A model generated the notes under the pieces. The model had not been told where the DNA came from and did not search any database. It worked only from the letters and a program-made list of their open reading frames with translations. Shown here piece after piece: positions 28,668 to 39,145 of a DNA stretch of 64,000 bases. The position numbers and the translations under genes were made by a program. The stretch lies in NCBI GenBank assembly GCA_019322805.1, contig JAHWIC010000002.1, positions 2,938 through 66,937 of the forward strand. The letters are read 5' to 3'. The DNA comes from Candidatus Woesearchaeota archaeon. GTDB taxonomy: Archaea; Nanobdellota; Nanobdellia; Woesearchaeales; JAHWIC01. The number at the start of each line of letters is the position of its first letter. Position 1 is the stretch's first letter.

Positions 28668-29831
28668 CTAAGCTTCTAAACCAAGATTTTGGAGCACAAT
28701 CTCAGAATCAAATTCTTTTAAGTCTTTGTATTCCTGACCAACACCAATATATATTATTGGCTTTTTTGTGACATAACTTACAGAAACAGCTGCTCCTCCT
28801 TTCTCATCAACATCTGCTTTTGAAAGGATTATTGCATCTATGCCGACTGCTTCATCAAATCTTTTGGCCTGCTCAACACAATCATTGCCAGTAATACTCT
28901 CTCCTACAAATATCTTTAAGTCAGGCTTGGCAACCCTAACTATCTTGCTCATTTCATCCATCAGGTTTGAGTTAGCATGCATCCTTCCCGCAGTATCAAT
29001 CAGAACAACATCTATGTTTTTTGATTCAGCATGCTTTATTGCGTCAAAGGCAACTGCTGCAGGGTCTGAGCCGTAATCATGCTTTATCAGTTTAACTCCA
29101 AGTTTATCAGCGTGAATCTGTAATTGGTCAATTGCAGCTGCCCTGAATGTGTCAGCAGCAGCAAGAACAACCTTCTTGTTATTGTTAAGAAGCATCTTGG
29201 CAATTTTGGCTATTGTTGTTGTTTTTCCAGAGCCATTAATACCAACAAAGCAGACAACAAATGGCTTCTTTTGCTTTATTTTGTCGAGTAAGTTAAAAGG
29301 TTTAGCTTCAAATAAATCCCCTATGCTTTTTTTCAAGGATTGTTCTATTGTTTTCTCTATCTTAGAACGCCTTATCGGTTTTTCAACAAGCTCTTGCTTA
29401 AGGTCTTCCTTGATTTTTCCTATGACCTCTGTTGCAACATTATTCTCAAGCAAAGCAACCTCAAGATTCCAGAATAATTCCTCAAACTGCTTTTCATTTA
29501 TTTTCTTTGTTACTACCTTTTCTTTTATTTTTCCGAAAAAGCCTTTTTTCTCCTCTGCTTCTTCCTCAATCTCTTTTTTAATTTCTCCTTTTTTTTCTAC
29601 TAATTTTTCAACCTTGGGTTTAGGCCTTTTTTCTTCAATCTTTTCTTCTTTCTCTTCTACTTTTTCAACTTTTACTTCTCCTTTTTTTGGCTTCTCCTCA
29701 AGTATGATTTCCTCCTTCTTAACTTCAGGTTTAGGCTCGACCCTAACTACCTCTTCCTTACCTTCTTCCTTAACCTTCTTAGAAATCTTGGAGATGGTGC
29801 TTCTTAATTTATCCTTTAAGAATTTAAACAT
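28668..29831 (-). CDS. ftsY: Signal recognition particle receptor FtsY
   Basis: K/E-rich N-domain followed by NG domain with FVGINGSGKTTT and DTAGR motifs. Confidence 0.9.
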   Translation of the reverse strand: MFKFLKDKLRSTISKISKKVKEEGKEEVVRVEPKPEVKKEEIILEEKPKKGEVKVEKVEEKEEKIEEKRPKPKVEKLVEKKGEIKKEIEEEAEEKKGFFGKIKEKVVTKKINEKQFEELFWNLEVALLENNVATEVIGKIKEDLKQELVEKPIRRSKIEKTIEQSLKKSIGDLFEAKPFNLLDKIKQKKPFVVCFVGINGSGKTTTIAKIAKMLLNNNKKVVLAAADTFRAAAIDQLQIHADKLGVKLIKHDYGSDPAAVAFDAIKHAESKNIDVVLIDTAGRMHANSNLMDEMSKIVRVAKPDLKIFVGESITGNDCVEQAKRFDEAVGIDAIILSKADVDEKGGAAVSVSYVTKKPIIYIGVGQEYKDLKEFDSEIVLQNLGLEA

Positions 29832-29845
29832 CTTGACTCATCTAA

Positions 29846-30268
29846 TTATTCAGATTGCTCAACAAGCTTTTGAAGCTCTTTCTCAATTGACTCTGCTGCT
29901 ACCGCAACTTTCTGAAGCTGTTCAAGCATCTGCTTCTGTAACTTTTTGACTTCGGCTGTCTGCTTTTCTACAAGCTTTTTTGTGTCAGAAACGCTTTTCT
30001 TAACTATTGTATTTGCTCCAACATTTACCAGCAAACCTTCGTTATCTTTTAACGAAGCTTTTGCAAATATTCCGGAACTTATTGGAACAAGTGTATCTGT
30101 GCCTGGCTTGAGTTTTTTGAAGTCGTCAAGGCTTTGGCCTAGGTTATTCAGCTCAGCTGTCTGCTGCTCGAACTGCTGTATCTGCTGCTGCAGCTGCTTA
30201 AGCTGCTGCTGCATTAACTGAAGCTGCATATACTTCTGCTGCATTTCTTTTTGCTGCTCTTCCTTCAT
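29846..30268 (-). CDS. pfdA: Prefoldin alpha subunit
   Basis: Q-rich coiled coils flank beta-hairpin segments (VPISSGIFAKASL..GLLVNVGANTIV). The pfdA-ftsY neighbourhood is conserved in archaea. Confidence 0.7.
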   Translation of the reverse strand: MKEEQQKEMQQKYMQLQLMQQQLKQLQQQIQQFEQQTAELNNLGQSLDDFKKLKPGTDTLVPISSGIFAKASLKDNEGLLVNVGANTIVKKSVSDTKKLVEKQTAEVKKLQKQMLEQLQKVAVAAESIEKELQKLVEQSE

Positions 30269-30432
30269 TTTAGCTTACCTAACAATTCCTTAAGCATTGA
30301 TTCATATTTTTCTTCGGTGGCAATAAAACCAGGCATTACATCCCTGATTACCTTTTCCTCGCTCTCAAACTCCTTAAGTTCCCTTTCAACTAAATTCTTC
30401 AAAACAGCTTTTTCTTCTTTAGTTAGATTCAT
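30265..30432 (-). CDS. Small hypothetical helical protein (55 aa), translationally coupled between prs and pfdA
   Basis: MNLTKEEKAVLKNLVERELKEFESEEKVIRDVMPGFIATEEKYESMLKELLGKLK. The ATG overlaps the prs stop (ATGA) and the stop overlaps the pfdA start (ATGA). It is below the ORF-track length cutoff. Confidence 0.4.
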   Translation of the reverse strand: MNLTKEEKAVLKNLVERELKEFESEEKVIRDVMPGFIATEEKYESMLKELLGKLK

Positions 30433-31478
30433 TTTTTGTTACCTGACTTTTTTCTTAAATCATCATAGATTTTATCAAACACCACACCCATAGGTTTGCC
30501 TTCAAAGATTCTGTTTATTGTCTCAGAAAGCAAAGGAGCTAAGCTTATCACCTTTACCTTATCAAGCTTCTTATCTTCTGGGATAGTTATTGTGTTTGTA
30601 ACTATAACCTCTTTGATTGGAGCCTCTTTCAGCCTGTCAATAGCAGGTCCAGAGAAGACAGGGTGTGATGCGCAAACATAAACATCTAAGGCTCCAGCAT
30701 CTTTTAGTGCCTGGGCTGCCTTTGTTATTGTTCCTGCTGTATCAATCATGTCATCAATAAGGATTGCAGTTTTGTCCTTTACCTCACCAATAATGTTCAT
30801 CACCTTTGCTACGCCATGTTTAGGCCTGCGCTTGTCTATGATTGCCAAGGATGCTCCTATAAGCTTTGCAAGGCGCCTTGCCCTTACAGTTCCGCCAGCA
30901 TCAGGGGATACCACAACAGGGTCTCTAAGGTTCTTATTTAACATATGGTCTGCCAGCAAAGGCATTACCTCCAGATTATCAAGAGGTATATCAAAGAATC
31001 CCTGCAGCTGGTCAATATGCAGGTCAAATGTGACTACCCTATTAACGCCTGATATTGTAAGCAGATTTGCTACCAGCTTAGCACTTATTGGCTCTCTTGG
31101 AGTAGCTTTGCGGTCCTGCCTTGCATAGCCGTAATAAGGTATGACTGCTGTTATCTCACGCGCAGATGCGCGCCTAAGAGCATCAACAATAATCAAAAGC
31201 TCCATGAGGGTCTCATTTGTTGGAGGGCATGTTGGCTGTATGAGAAATATGTCACAGCCTCTAACGCTTTCTTCTACTTTAACATATATCTCTCCGTCAT
31301 TGAATCTAGAGATTGTTATTGGTGTAAGAGGTATATTTAGCTTAGATGATGCTTCTTTTGCTAGTTCCTGATTTGCTGTTCCTGATATTAGTTTTAATTT
31401 TTTCAAAATAAACACCCATTCAAGAAATAACTGGCTTTGATTTAAAAAGGTTATTCTAATTAGCAAGCTCTTTTTCAA
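30429..31478 (-). CDS. prs: Ribose-phosphate pyrophosphokinase (PRPP synthetase)
   Basis: FNDGEIYVKVEESVRGCDIFLIQPT and a PRPP-binding loop. The true start may be the TTG at ~31406 (LKKLKLISGTAN...) rather than ATG 31478, which would overlap scpA. Confidence 0.85.
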   Translation of the reverse strand: MKKSLLIRITFLNQSQLFLEWVFILKKLKLISGTANQELAKEASSKLNIPLTPITISRFNDGEIYVKVEESVRGCDIFLIQPTCPPTNETLMELLIIVDALRRASAREITAVIPYYGYARQDRKATPREPISAKLVANLLTISGVNRVVTFDLHIDQLQGFFDIPLDNLEVMPLLADHMLNKNLRDPVVVSPDAGGTVRARRLAKLIGASLAIIDKRRPKHGVAKVMNIIGEVKDKTAILIDDMIDTAGTITKAAQALKDAGALDVYVCASHPVFSGPAIDRLKEAPIKEVIVTNTITIPEDKKLDKVKVISLAPLLSETINRIFEGKPMGVVFDKIYDDLRKKSGNKK

Positions 31479-32202
31479 CAGCCCTATTAGCGGGCAAAGT
31501 TATCTCTATATCTCCAAAGTGCTGCTGCTGGAATAAGTCTATTTTGCGCTGGTCTTGGTTAGCTAAATGAAGCAGAGGGATAAACGCATATACCCTATCT
31601 TCTTTTTTATCTGAAGTCACAAGCCTAGAGAAAGTAAGTTTCTCGCTGCCTCCAGAGAAGAATAATTTTATTCTGGTGTAGATATCCTTTATTATCTCTG
31701 TTATATCCCTCTTTTTTTGAGGCACCTCGACATCCAAAGGAGGTATACTATTCAACACGCGTCTTTGTTTAACCTCAAGTGCTTTGTTTAATGCTCCAAC
31801 TAAATCATAGATAGAGACCTTTCTTTTCCTTGGCTGTGGTGTCCTTGGAATTAAAACCGGTGTCTCGGGCCTTGTTAGTTTCTGGAATTCTTCTTCTAGT
31901 TCATCATACAGCTCAGCTGCCTCTGGCTCAGCAAACATCTGCTCAAGCTGATTTGCATCTCCAACAAGCCTGTTTGATTTCATCTTTAGCAGTATAGCTG
32001 CTGCCAATAAAACCTTTCCAGAAACCCTAAAATCCATCTCTTTTAGTTTCTTAATCATCTCAAGATATTTTCTAGTTAACAAGCTAATATCCACATCCCA
32101 GGGATCCATTTGTTCTGTTCTGACAAGATCATAAATAATAGACTGCCAAGTAATTTCATCCTGGTTAAACAAAAGTTCAAATACCTGTTCATGACCCTTC
32201 AT
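31456..32202 (-). CDS. scpA: Segregation and condensation protein A (ScpA kleisin)
   Basis: IYDLVRTEQMDPWDVDISLLTRKYLEMI N-terminal ScpA signature. Confidence 0.7.
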   Translation of the reverse strand: MKGHEQVFELLFNQDEITWQSIIYDLVRTEQMDPWDVDISLLTRKYLEMIKKLKEMDFRVSGKVLLAAAILLKMKSNRLVGDANQLEQMFAEPEAAELYDELEEEFQKLTRPETPVLIPRTPQPRKRKVSIYDLVGALNKALEVKQRRVLNSIPPLDVEVPQKKRDITEIIKDIYTRIKLFFSGGSEKLTFSRLVTSDKKEDRVYAFIPLLHLANQDQRKIDLFQQQHFGDIEITLPANRAVEKELAN

Positions 32203-32270
32203 TTTGATTAAACAAAGTTAGTAGAATATATAAAATTAGTGATTTTAGAAGAGTAAGCTTAACAAAACCT

Positions 32271-32279
32271 TTTTATATA
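32271..32279 (+). promoter_or_regulatory. TATA box for tRNA-Val
   Basis: ttttatata lies 25 nt upstream of the tRNA 5' end at 32304. Confidence 0.5.
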
Positions 32280-32303
32280 GAAATGGAATCTTTTGACTTA
32301 ATT

Positions 32304-32406
32304 GGGCTTGTGATCTAGTGGCTATGATGTCGCCCTTACAAGGCGAATATCCCCGGTTCGAGTTGTTTGAGGTTTTACCTTTAACATGAAATTCCGGGCA
32401 GGCCCA
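32304..32406 (+). tRNA. tRNA-Val (anticodon TAC) with a ~30-nt non-canonical intron in the T-loop
   Basis: Acceptor GGGCTTG/CAGGCCC. Anticodon arm TCGCC-CTTACAA-GGCGA. T-stem CCCGG...CCGGG interrupted after TTCGAGT by tgtttgaggttttacctttaacatgaaatt (32364-32393). Discriminator A, followed by TTTT. Confidence 0.7.
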
Positions 32407-32427
32407 TTTTTTTGTTGCTAGCCATAA

Positions 32428-32487
32428 ATTGGCTTCGCCAATTTAATTAAGAAAGCCATAAATCGACTTTGTCGATTTAATTTCACT
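32428..32487 (+). repeat. Tandem pair of ~29-nt hairpin units upstream of tRNA-Gly
   Basis: agccataaat-[aattggc ttc gccaatt]-taatt followed by agccataaat-[cgac ttt gtcg]-atttaatt. Each unit has an ATAAAT TATA-like motif plus a perfect hairpin. The second unit is positioned as the tRNA-Gly promoter. Confidence 0.5.
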
Positions 32488-32559
32488 GCGGTAGTAGTAT
32501 AGTGGTTAGTATACGGCGTTGCCAACGCTGTGACCTGGGTTCAAATCCCAGCTACCGCA
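32488..32559 (+). tRNA. tRNA-Gly (anticodon GCC), intron-less
   Basis: Acceptor GCGGTAG/CTACCGC. Anticodon arm CGGCG-TTGCCAA-CGCTG. T-arm CTGGG-TTCAAAT-CCCAG. Discriminator A. Confidence 0.85.
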
Positions 32560-32659
32560 TTTCTTATTGTCTTGTGGGCTTGACGAACGGTGAAATTAAA
32601 CGCGAAGCGTTTATGGCATTATCCGTGAGGAAACCCACGAAGGTGCCAGTCTGACTTCT

Positions 32660-32692
32660 CAGCTGCCTCGGGTTCAAATCCCAGCTACCACA
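32660..32692 (+). other. Partial duplicate of the tRNA-Gly 3' half (degenerate T-arm plus acceptor)
   Basis: gggttcaaatcccagctacc is identical to tRNA-Gly positions 50-69, but the T-stem is degenerate and no 5' half is detectable. It lies ~100 nt downstream of tRNA-Gly. Confidence 0.5.
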
Positions 32693-32710
32693 TATATAAT
32701 TCTTAGAAAC

Positions 32711-32720
32711 TTTTAAATAA
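32711..32720 (+). promoter_or_regulatory. TATA box for tRNA-Ile
   Basis: ttttaaataa lies 25 nt upstream of 32745. Confidence 0.45.
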
Positions 32721-32744
32721 AGAATTGTTTTCATCTATCTCTAT

Positions 32745-32872
32745 GAGTCCGTAGCTCAGTCTGGTTTAGAGCGCTGGTCTTATATGACTACGCTTTAATC
32801 AATCTAAGAGAGCCAGCGGTCTGGGGTTCAAATAGTAATGCTCAGCATTGCTTGGATGTCCCCGCGGACTCA
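32745..32872 (+). tRNA. tRNA-Ile (anticodon TAT) with two introns (anticodon loop 37/38 ~26 nt, and T-loop ~26 nt)
   Basis: Acceptor GAGTCCG/CGGACTC. D-arm GCTC..GAGC. Anticodon stem CTGGT/GCCAG with loop CTTATA|tgactacgctttaatcaatctaagag|A. T-arm TGGGG-TTCAAAT|agtaatgctcagcattgcttggatgt|CCCC-G. Discriminator A. Confidence 0.6.
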
Positions 32873-32906
32873 TAGGGCGGGCTGTAACAGCTTGCCCATT
32901 TTCAAT

Positions 32907-33051
32907 GCCCCTGTGGTGTAGTCCGGCCAATCATTCAGCCTTTTCGTGTTGGCAATCGTCCGACTCGGTGCGATTCCATCGAAAACAGGCTGGGACCTGG
33001 GTTCGAACGCCGTTAAGCGAAGCTTATGGCTTGAAAGTCCCGGCGGGGGCA
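32907..33051 (+). tRNA. tRNA-Glu (anticodon TTC) with two introns (anticodon loop ~40 nt, T-loop ~30 nt)
   Basis: Acceptor GCCCCTG/CGGGGGC. Anticodon stem CAGCC/GGCTG with loop TTTTCG|40-nt intron|A. T-arm CTGGG-TTCGAAC|gccgttaagcgaagcttatggcttgaaagt|CCCGG. Discriminator A. Confidence 0.65.
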
Positions 33052-33131
33052 TTTATTCTTTTTTCATCAAAAGTTATTTAAAAGGCATTCTCCTATGATG
33101 GGCTAGGTATATAGGTATAAGGTGCAATCTT

Positions 33132-33407
33132 ATGGCAAAAGCCTATGGGAAATGTAAACTATGCGGAGCGGATAGTTTTCTTAACTTTGCTGGACTTTGC
33201 AAGAAGTGCAATAAGAAAAAAGAAGGCACAGAGATAAAAAAAGAGATATTTAGTGACCGAGAAATAGAGAAAGAAGCAAAGAAGAAAGAGATGGCAGCAA
33301 TACAAGAGAAAATAGTAGAAACCAAAAAAGAAGCACCAGCAGAAGAAGCTAAGGAAGAAAAATCTGCAGAGGAAAGCAAAGAAAAGGCTGAAGATAAGAA
33401 AGAGTGA
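33132..33407 (+). CDS. Small zinc-ribbon protein with K/E-rich tail (hypothetical)
   Basis: CKLCGADSF...CKKCNKKKE followed by a low-complexity KE-rich region. Weak support. Confidence 0.3.
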   Translation: MAKAYGKCKLCGADSFLNFAGLCKKCNKKKEGTEIKKEIFSDREIEKEAKKKEMAAIQEKIVETKKEAPAEEAKEEKSAEESKEKAEDKKE

Positions 33408-33465
33408 TGCAAAGTATGCATGCCTTTACAATATATTCTTAATCATATAGTGCTAAATAGAAATC

Positions 33466-33473
33466 TTTATAAA
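33466..33473 (+). promoter_or_regulatory. Candidate rRNA operon TATA box
   Basis: tttataaa lies ~180 nt upstream of the 16S 5' end. Position-based only. Confidence 0.25.
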
Positions 33474-33649
33474 GAGGCGAAAATTTCTCCCCTTATCGCC
33501 ACCAATATATTCTAGATATCCAAACTCTAGAATTTCTACCCTGAAAAGGGATTTTAACTGCAAACAAGCAGATTTAGGTATGCTTGATGCTATCATCAAG
33601 TATGGGAAGTTATTTCCCGTCAAATGTGACAATAGTGCGACCAAAATAA

Positions 33650-35288
<1,639 letters not shown>

Positions 35289-35327
35289 TTATTTCAATTT
35301 TTCATGATCAGAAACTGGGCCCGTAGC

Positions 35328-35450
35328 TCAGCAGTAGAGCGCCGCCCTTGCATTATACGTTTATAGTATATAGTATACGAGCGAGGCGGAGGCCTCGGGT
35401 TCGAATATTCCAGGACCATTGGACTGGATTTGAAAGTCCCGACGGGTCCA
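35328..35450 (+). tRNA. tRNA-Ala (anticodon TGC) in the 16S-23S spacer, with two introns (anticodon loop and T-loop)
   Basis: Acceptor GGGCCCG/CGGGTCC. Anticodon stem CCGCC/GGCGG with loop CTTGCA|tatacgtttatagtatatagtatacgagcg|A. T-arm TCGGG-TTCGAAT|attccaggaccattggactggatttgaaagt|CCCGA. Discriminator A. Confidence 0.75.
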
Positions 35451-35571
35451 TCTTTTACCTTAGGTGCAGAATAATCAGATAATGCTTATTTTTCATTTGA
35501 ACCAATCAATGATTGTATTATCTTGGTTGGAAGGTTGAAATCATTTTAATGAAACCATGCATAGTTGGTAG

Positions 35572-38500
35572 TAATGCTATTAGGTGGATGACTAGGCTCA
35601 AACGCTGATGAAGGATGTGACAAGCTACATTATGCTCTGGCGAGTCGCACGTAGACTTTGAACCGGAGATTCCTGAATGAGACTTCTCATTAGATCCGTA
35701 AGGATCGGGAACGCAGGGAATTGAAACGTCTTAGTACCTGCAGGAAAAGAAATCAATTGAGATGCTGTTAGTAAAGGCGATTGAAGACAGCTCAAGGCAA
35801 ACTGAATCCTTTGTTGAAAGGCAAAGGAGATGTGGTGTTATAAGACCGCCTACATAGGTTTTCTCTTGGGAACCTGAAGTCCCTTGGAAAAAGGTACCTA
35901 AGAATGTGACAGTCATGTAAGGGTAACTGAGAAAGACCTTGGCGGTATCTTGAGTACCATTTGCTGGATACCAAATGGGAATTTGGGAGGCATCAACTTC
36001 CAACCTTAAATACGTTTTGAGTCCGATAGAGCATTAGTACAGTGATGGAAAGTTGAAAAGAACCCTTGATAGGAAGTAAAAAGAACCTGAAACCTAATAG
36101 CTATAGTAAGGTACTGCTCTTCGGAGCTGTACCGTACGTTTCGAATAACGTGCCAGGGAGTTTATCTAAGTGGCAAGGGTAATCCCTAAAGGAGTACCCG
36201 CAGGGAAACCAAAATGCTCGCAGCCTGCAAGGAGCGAGGTATGAAAGTGCCTAGAGTCACTTGGATATGACCCGAAGCCAGGCGATCTAACCCTGAGTAA
36301 GGTGAAACAAGGGTAAAACCTTGTGGAGGCCTGAAGAGGTTCTACGAGCAAGTGTTCTTCTAACTTGGGGCTAGGGGTGAAAAGCCAATCGAGCCTGGCG
36401 ATAGCTGGTTCCTACCAAAATTGGCCGTAGTCAAGTCCTAAGCGAGATAGCTAGAATGGTAGAGCTACGGATTGGGGATTTAGGTCTCGAAAGGGATCGG
36501 TCTCCTGTCCAACTCCGAATATGCTAGCGTTGTAGACCTTAGGAGACGGGGAGCCTGGGGTAAGCTTGGCTTCCAAGAGGGGAACAACCCAGACTACAGT
36601 TAAGGTCCCTAAATACTGACTAAGTGTTAAAGGGTGAAGAGTGTTCAAGGTCATAGACAGCGAGGAGGTTGGCTCAGAAGCAGCCACCCTTTAAAAAGTG
36701 CGTATACATTACGACGCTTTTAAGCGGCGTATGGCTCGCAAGACAGCTTACTTGTCAAGATCTTGGGCCTCTAAAATGGACGGGGCTAAGTCAGTTACCG
36801 ATACTGTAGACCACTCAAAAGAGTGCGTGGTAGGTAGGCGTTTTGGAAGGGCAGAAGCATTCTTGAAAAGGAATGTGAACCTTTCAAAAATGAGAATCCT
36901 GGCGGTAGTAGGATCTAAGCAGAGTGAGAATCTCTGCCACTGAAAGGGCAAGGGTTCCTTGACAATGTCAATCAGTCAAGGGTTAGTTGAACCTAACGGA
37001 GTCCATAAATTGGATACTCTGGAAAGAGCAAAAGGTTAATATTCCTTTACTATCCGAGTATACGTGGCAACACAAGTCTGGTTTCCGACTCTTTGGGATA
37101 GACCGACATAAACCTTCGTTTGTGTTAATAAGAATAAATCAGGGGAGTATCATAACGATGAGAACCTGATTAAATCTTAGAATAGTGGGTCGTATGATTC
37201 ATTCGGTTGATTCCTGGAGACCATGAAAAGGGAATCAGAAAAAATCTTGGATAATTATACCCAGAACCAGCACTGGTGCCCCTAGGTGAGAAACCTAAAG
37301 TGTGAAGGCATAACTTGATTGAGGGAATTCGGCAAATTAGTCCCGTACCTTCGGTATAAGGGATCCCTGCGATTGTGGCTTTTAGTTGCGATTGCAGGGC
37401 GTAGTGACTAAGGAGGTCCGACTGTTTAACAAAAACTTAACTGACTGCTAGCCTGCAAAGGTGTGTATAGTCAGTGAAGCCTGCCCAGTGCCAGTACTTT
37501 AAACTTGGTTCCAACTGAGCTAAGAGCTGGTATACGGCGGGAGTAACTATAACTCTCTTAAGGTAGCGTAATACCTTGTCGTTTGAATGACGACTTGCAT
37601 GAATGGCGCAACGAGATCTCCACTGTCCCCAATCAGGAGCCTCCGAACTCCCTTTCCTGGTGCAAAAGCCAGGGATCTCCAGTGGGAAGCGAAGACCCCG
37701 TGAAACTTTACTGTAGCTTATCATTGCGACGTGAGTTTTGTTGTATAGCGTAAGTGGGAGCTGCTAAGCTTAAGTCGTCAGGCTTAAGATAGGCGACGAT
37801 GTAACACCACTTTTCAGAATTTGCGTTGCTAACTTCGAAAGAAAGACATTGATAGGTGGACAGTTTGGCTGGGGTGGCACCCCGCTGAAATTGTATCAGC
37901 GGGGCCCAATGGTTGGCTCAATCCGGTCAGAAATCGGATGTCGAGTGCAAAGGCAAAAGCCAGCCTGACTGGATTCTTACTAAGATGGAATCCAGAAACG
38001 AAAGTTAGGCTTAGCGAACCTCTATGTCCTCCTTGATGGGGGCTAGAGATGACCAAAAAGTTACTCCGGGGATAACAGAGTTGTCGCGCCCGAGAGTTCA
38101 TAGAAAGCAGCGAGTCCTTCGCTGCTCTCAGGACAAATCGACGGCGCGGCTTGCTACATCGATGTCGGCTCTTCCTATCCTGGATGTGCAGAAGTATAAT
38201 TTGCTGGGCAAATTATGCTCAGTAACTTGTTACTGTATGCATCCAAGGGTGGGGGTGTTCACCCATTAAAAGGGATCGTGAGCTGGGTTCAGAACGCTGT
38301 GAGGCAGTTTGTTTGATATCTACTGGAGATGTTGATGTCTGAAGGGAAGGATCCTCTAGTACGAGAGGAACGAGGATTCGGCGCCTCTGGTTTACCGGTT
38401 ATCCGAAAGGGTAAGCTGGGCAGCTACGCGCCAAGGGATAAGAGCTGAAAGCATCTAAGCTCGAAACCCGCCTTGAAAATAGACATCTTAGGACACGAGC

Positions 38501-38605
38501 AAAATACTCGTTTAATGGAACTGATGTGTAAGTATAAAGCTTCGGCGATATATTCAGCATGCAGTTCCCAACAGTCCATTTTACCAACTATGTATGGTTT
38601 TTCAT
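35572..38605 (+). rRNA. 23S rRNA (ends approximate)
   Basis: 5' region GGTGGATGACTAGGCTCAAACGCTGATGAAGGATGTG. Sarcin-ricin, peptidyl-transferase and other conserved blocks are present (GATGTCGGCTCTTCCTATCCTGG; GGGATCGTGAGCTGGGTTCAGAACG; GCTGAAAGCATCTAAGC near 38440). Small AT-rich perfect-hairpin insertions occur, e.g. at 38190-38245. No 5S gene in the operon. Confidence 0.85.
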
Positions 38606-38725
38606 TTATTTTATTCTTTGTTCTAGTATCAATGGATCTTTTGCATAGTGTGAACTCTATTATCTAAACTGCCTCACAGCGTTAGTCTCACGACCCTTAT
38701 TTCTATCAATAATTTTTTAAAGTAA

Positions 38726-39145
38726 GTGGTGTTCTTTTACAGCATGGCTAGACTATTCAAGAATATGGAGATATACCAATTAAGCTATAACCTTGCAATA
38801 GATATTCATAGGTTATTGGACAAGTTCCCTGAGAAAGAAAAGGATAACTTAATATCTCAGATGAGAAGAGCAGTTACGTCTATTCCGTTGAATATTGCTG
38901 AGGGAAGCGTAAAAAAATCCTATAGAGAATTTCTTAATTTTTTAGGCTACTCTTATGGTTCTGCAAAAGAACTTGACGTTTTATTATCAATGTCAAAAGA
39001 TTTAAAATATATCACAGAGAAAGAATATGATGAGCTTTTTGGTAAGCTAGACAAACTTATGGCGAAACTTTTTGGTTTTATGAAGAATATTGAATCAAGG
39101 TTTGAAAATAAAAAGAAATTTTTTACAAAGTATAAAGGAAAATGA
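38726..39145 (+). CDS. Four-helix-bundle protein of the '23S rRNA intervening-sequence protein' family (PF05635-like)
   Basis: IYQLSYNLAIDIHRLLDKFPEKEKDNLISQMRRAVTSIPLNIAEGSVKKSYREFLNFLGYSYGSAKEL matches the family consensus (...FP.EE...L.SQ.RRAA.SI..NIAEG......EF..FL..A.GS..EL). It sits immediately 3' of the 23S gene. Confidence 0.65.
   Translation: MVFFYSMARLFKNMEIYQLSYNLAIDIHRLLDKFPEKEKDNLISQMRRAVTSIPLNIAEGSVKKSYREFLNFLGYSYGSAKELDVLLSMSKDLKYITEKEYDELFGKLDKLMAKLFGFMKNIESRFENKKKFFTKYKGK

Noticed and set aside
29149-29949. 266-aa plus-strand ORF with S/F-rich low-complexity sequence
   Set aside because: It is antisense to FtsY's K/E-rich N-domain (the mirror of the AAG/GAA repeats) and is not a real gene.
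32560-32692. Split or permuted tRNA interpretation for the tRNA-Gly 3' duplicate
   Set aside because: No matching 5' half (GTGGTAG...) with D-arm and anticodon arm is present in the window, and the T-stem of the fragment is degenerate. A relic duplication is more parsimonious.
32848-33081. ORFs 32848..33081 (+) and 32870..33052 (-)
   Set aside because: They overlap tRNA-Ile and tRNA-Glu, and their GC-rich stretches arise from tRNA stems.
35731-38667. Numerous 60-140-aa ORFs across 35731-38667 (e.g. 35731..36003, 36166..36351, 36698..36943, 37437..37724, 38726 upstream calls)
   Set aside because: All fall inside the 23S rRNA gene. None has protein-like composition or homology signatures.
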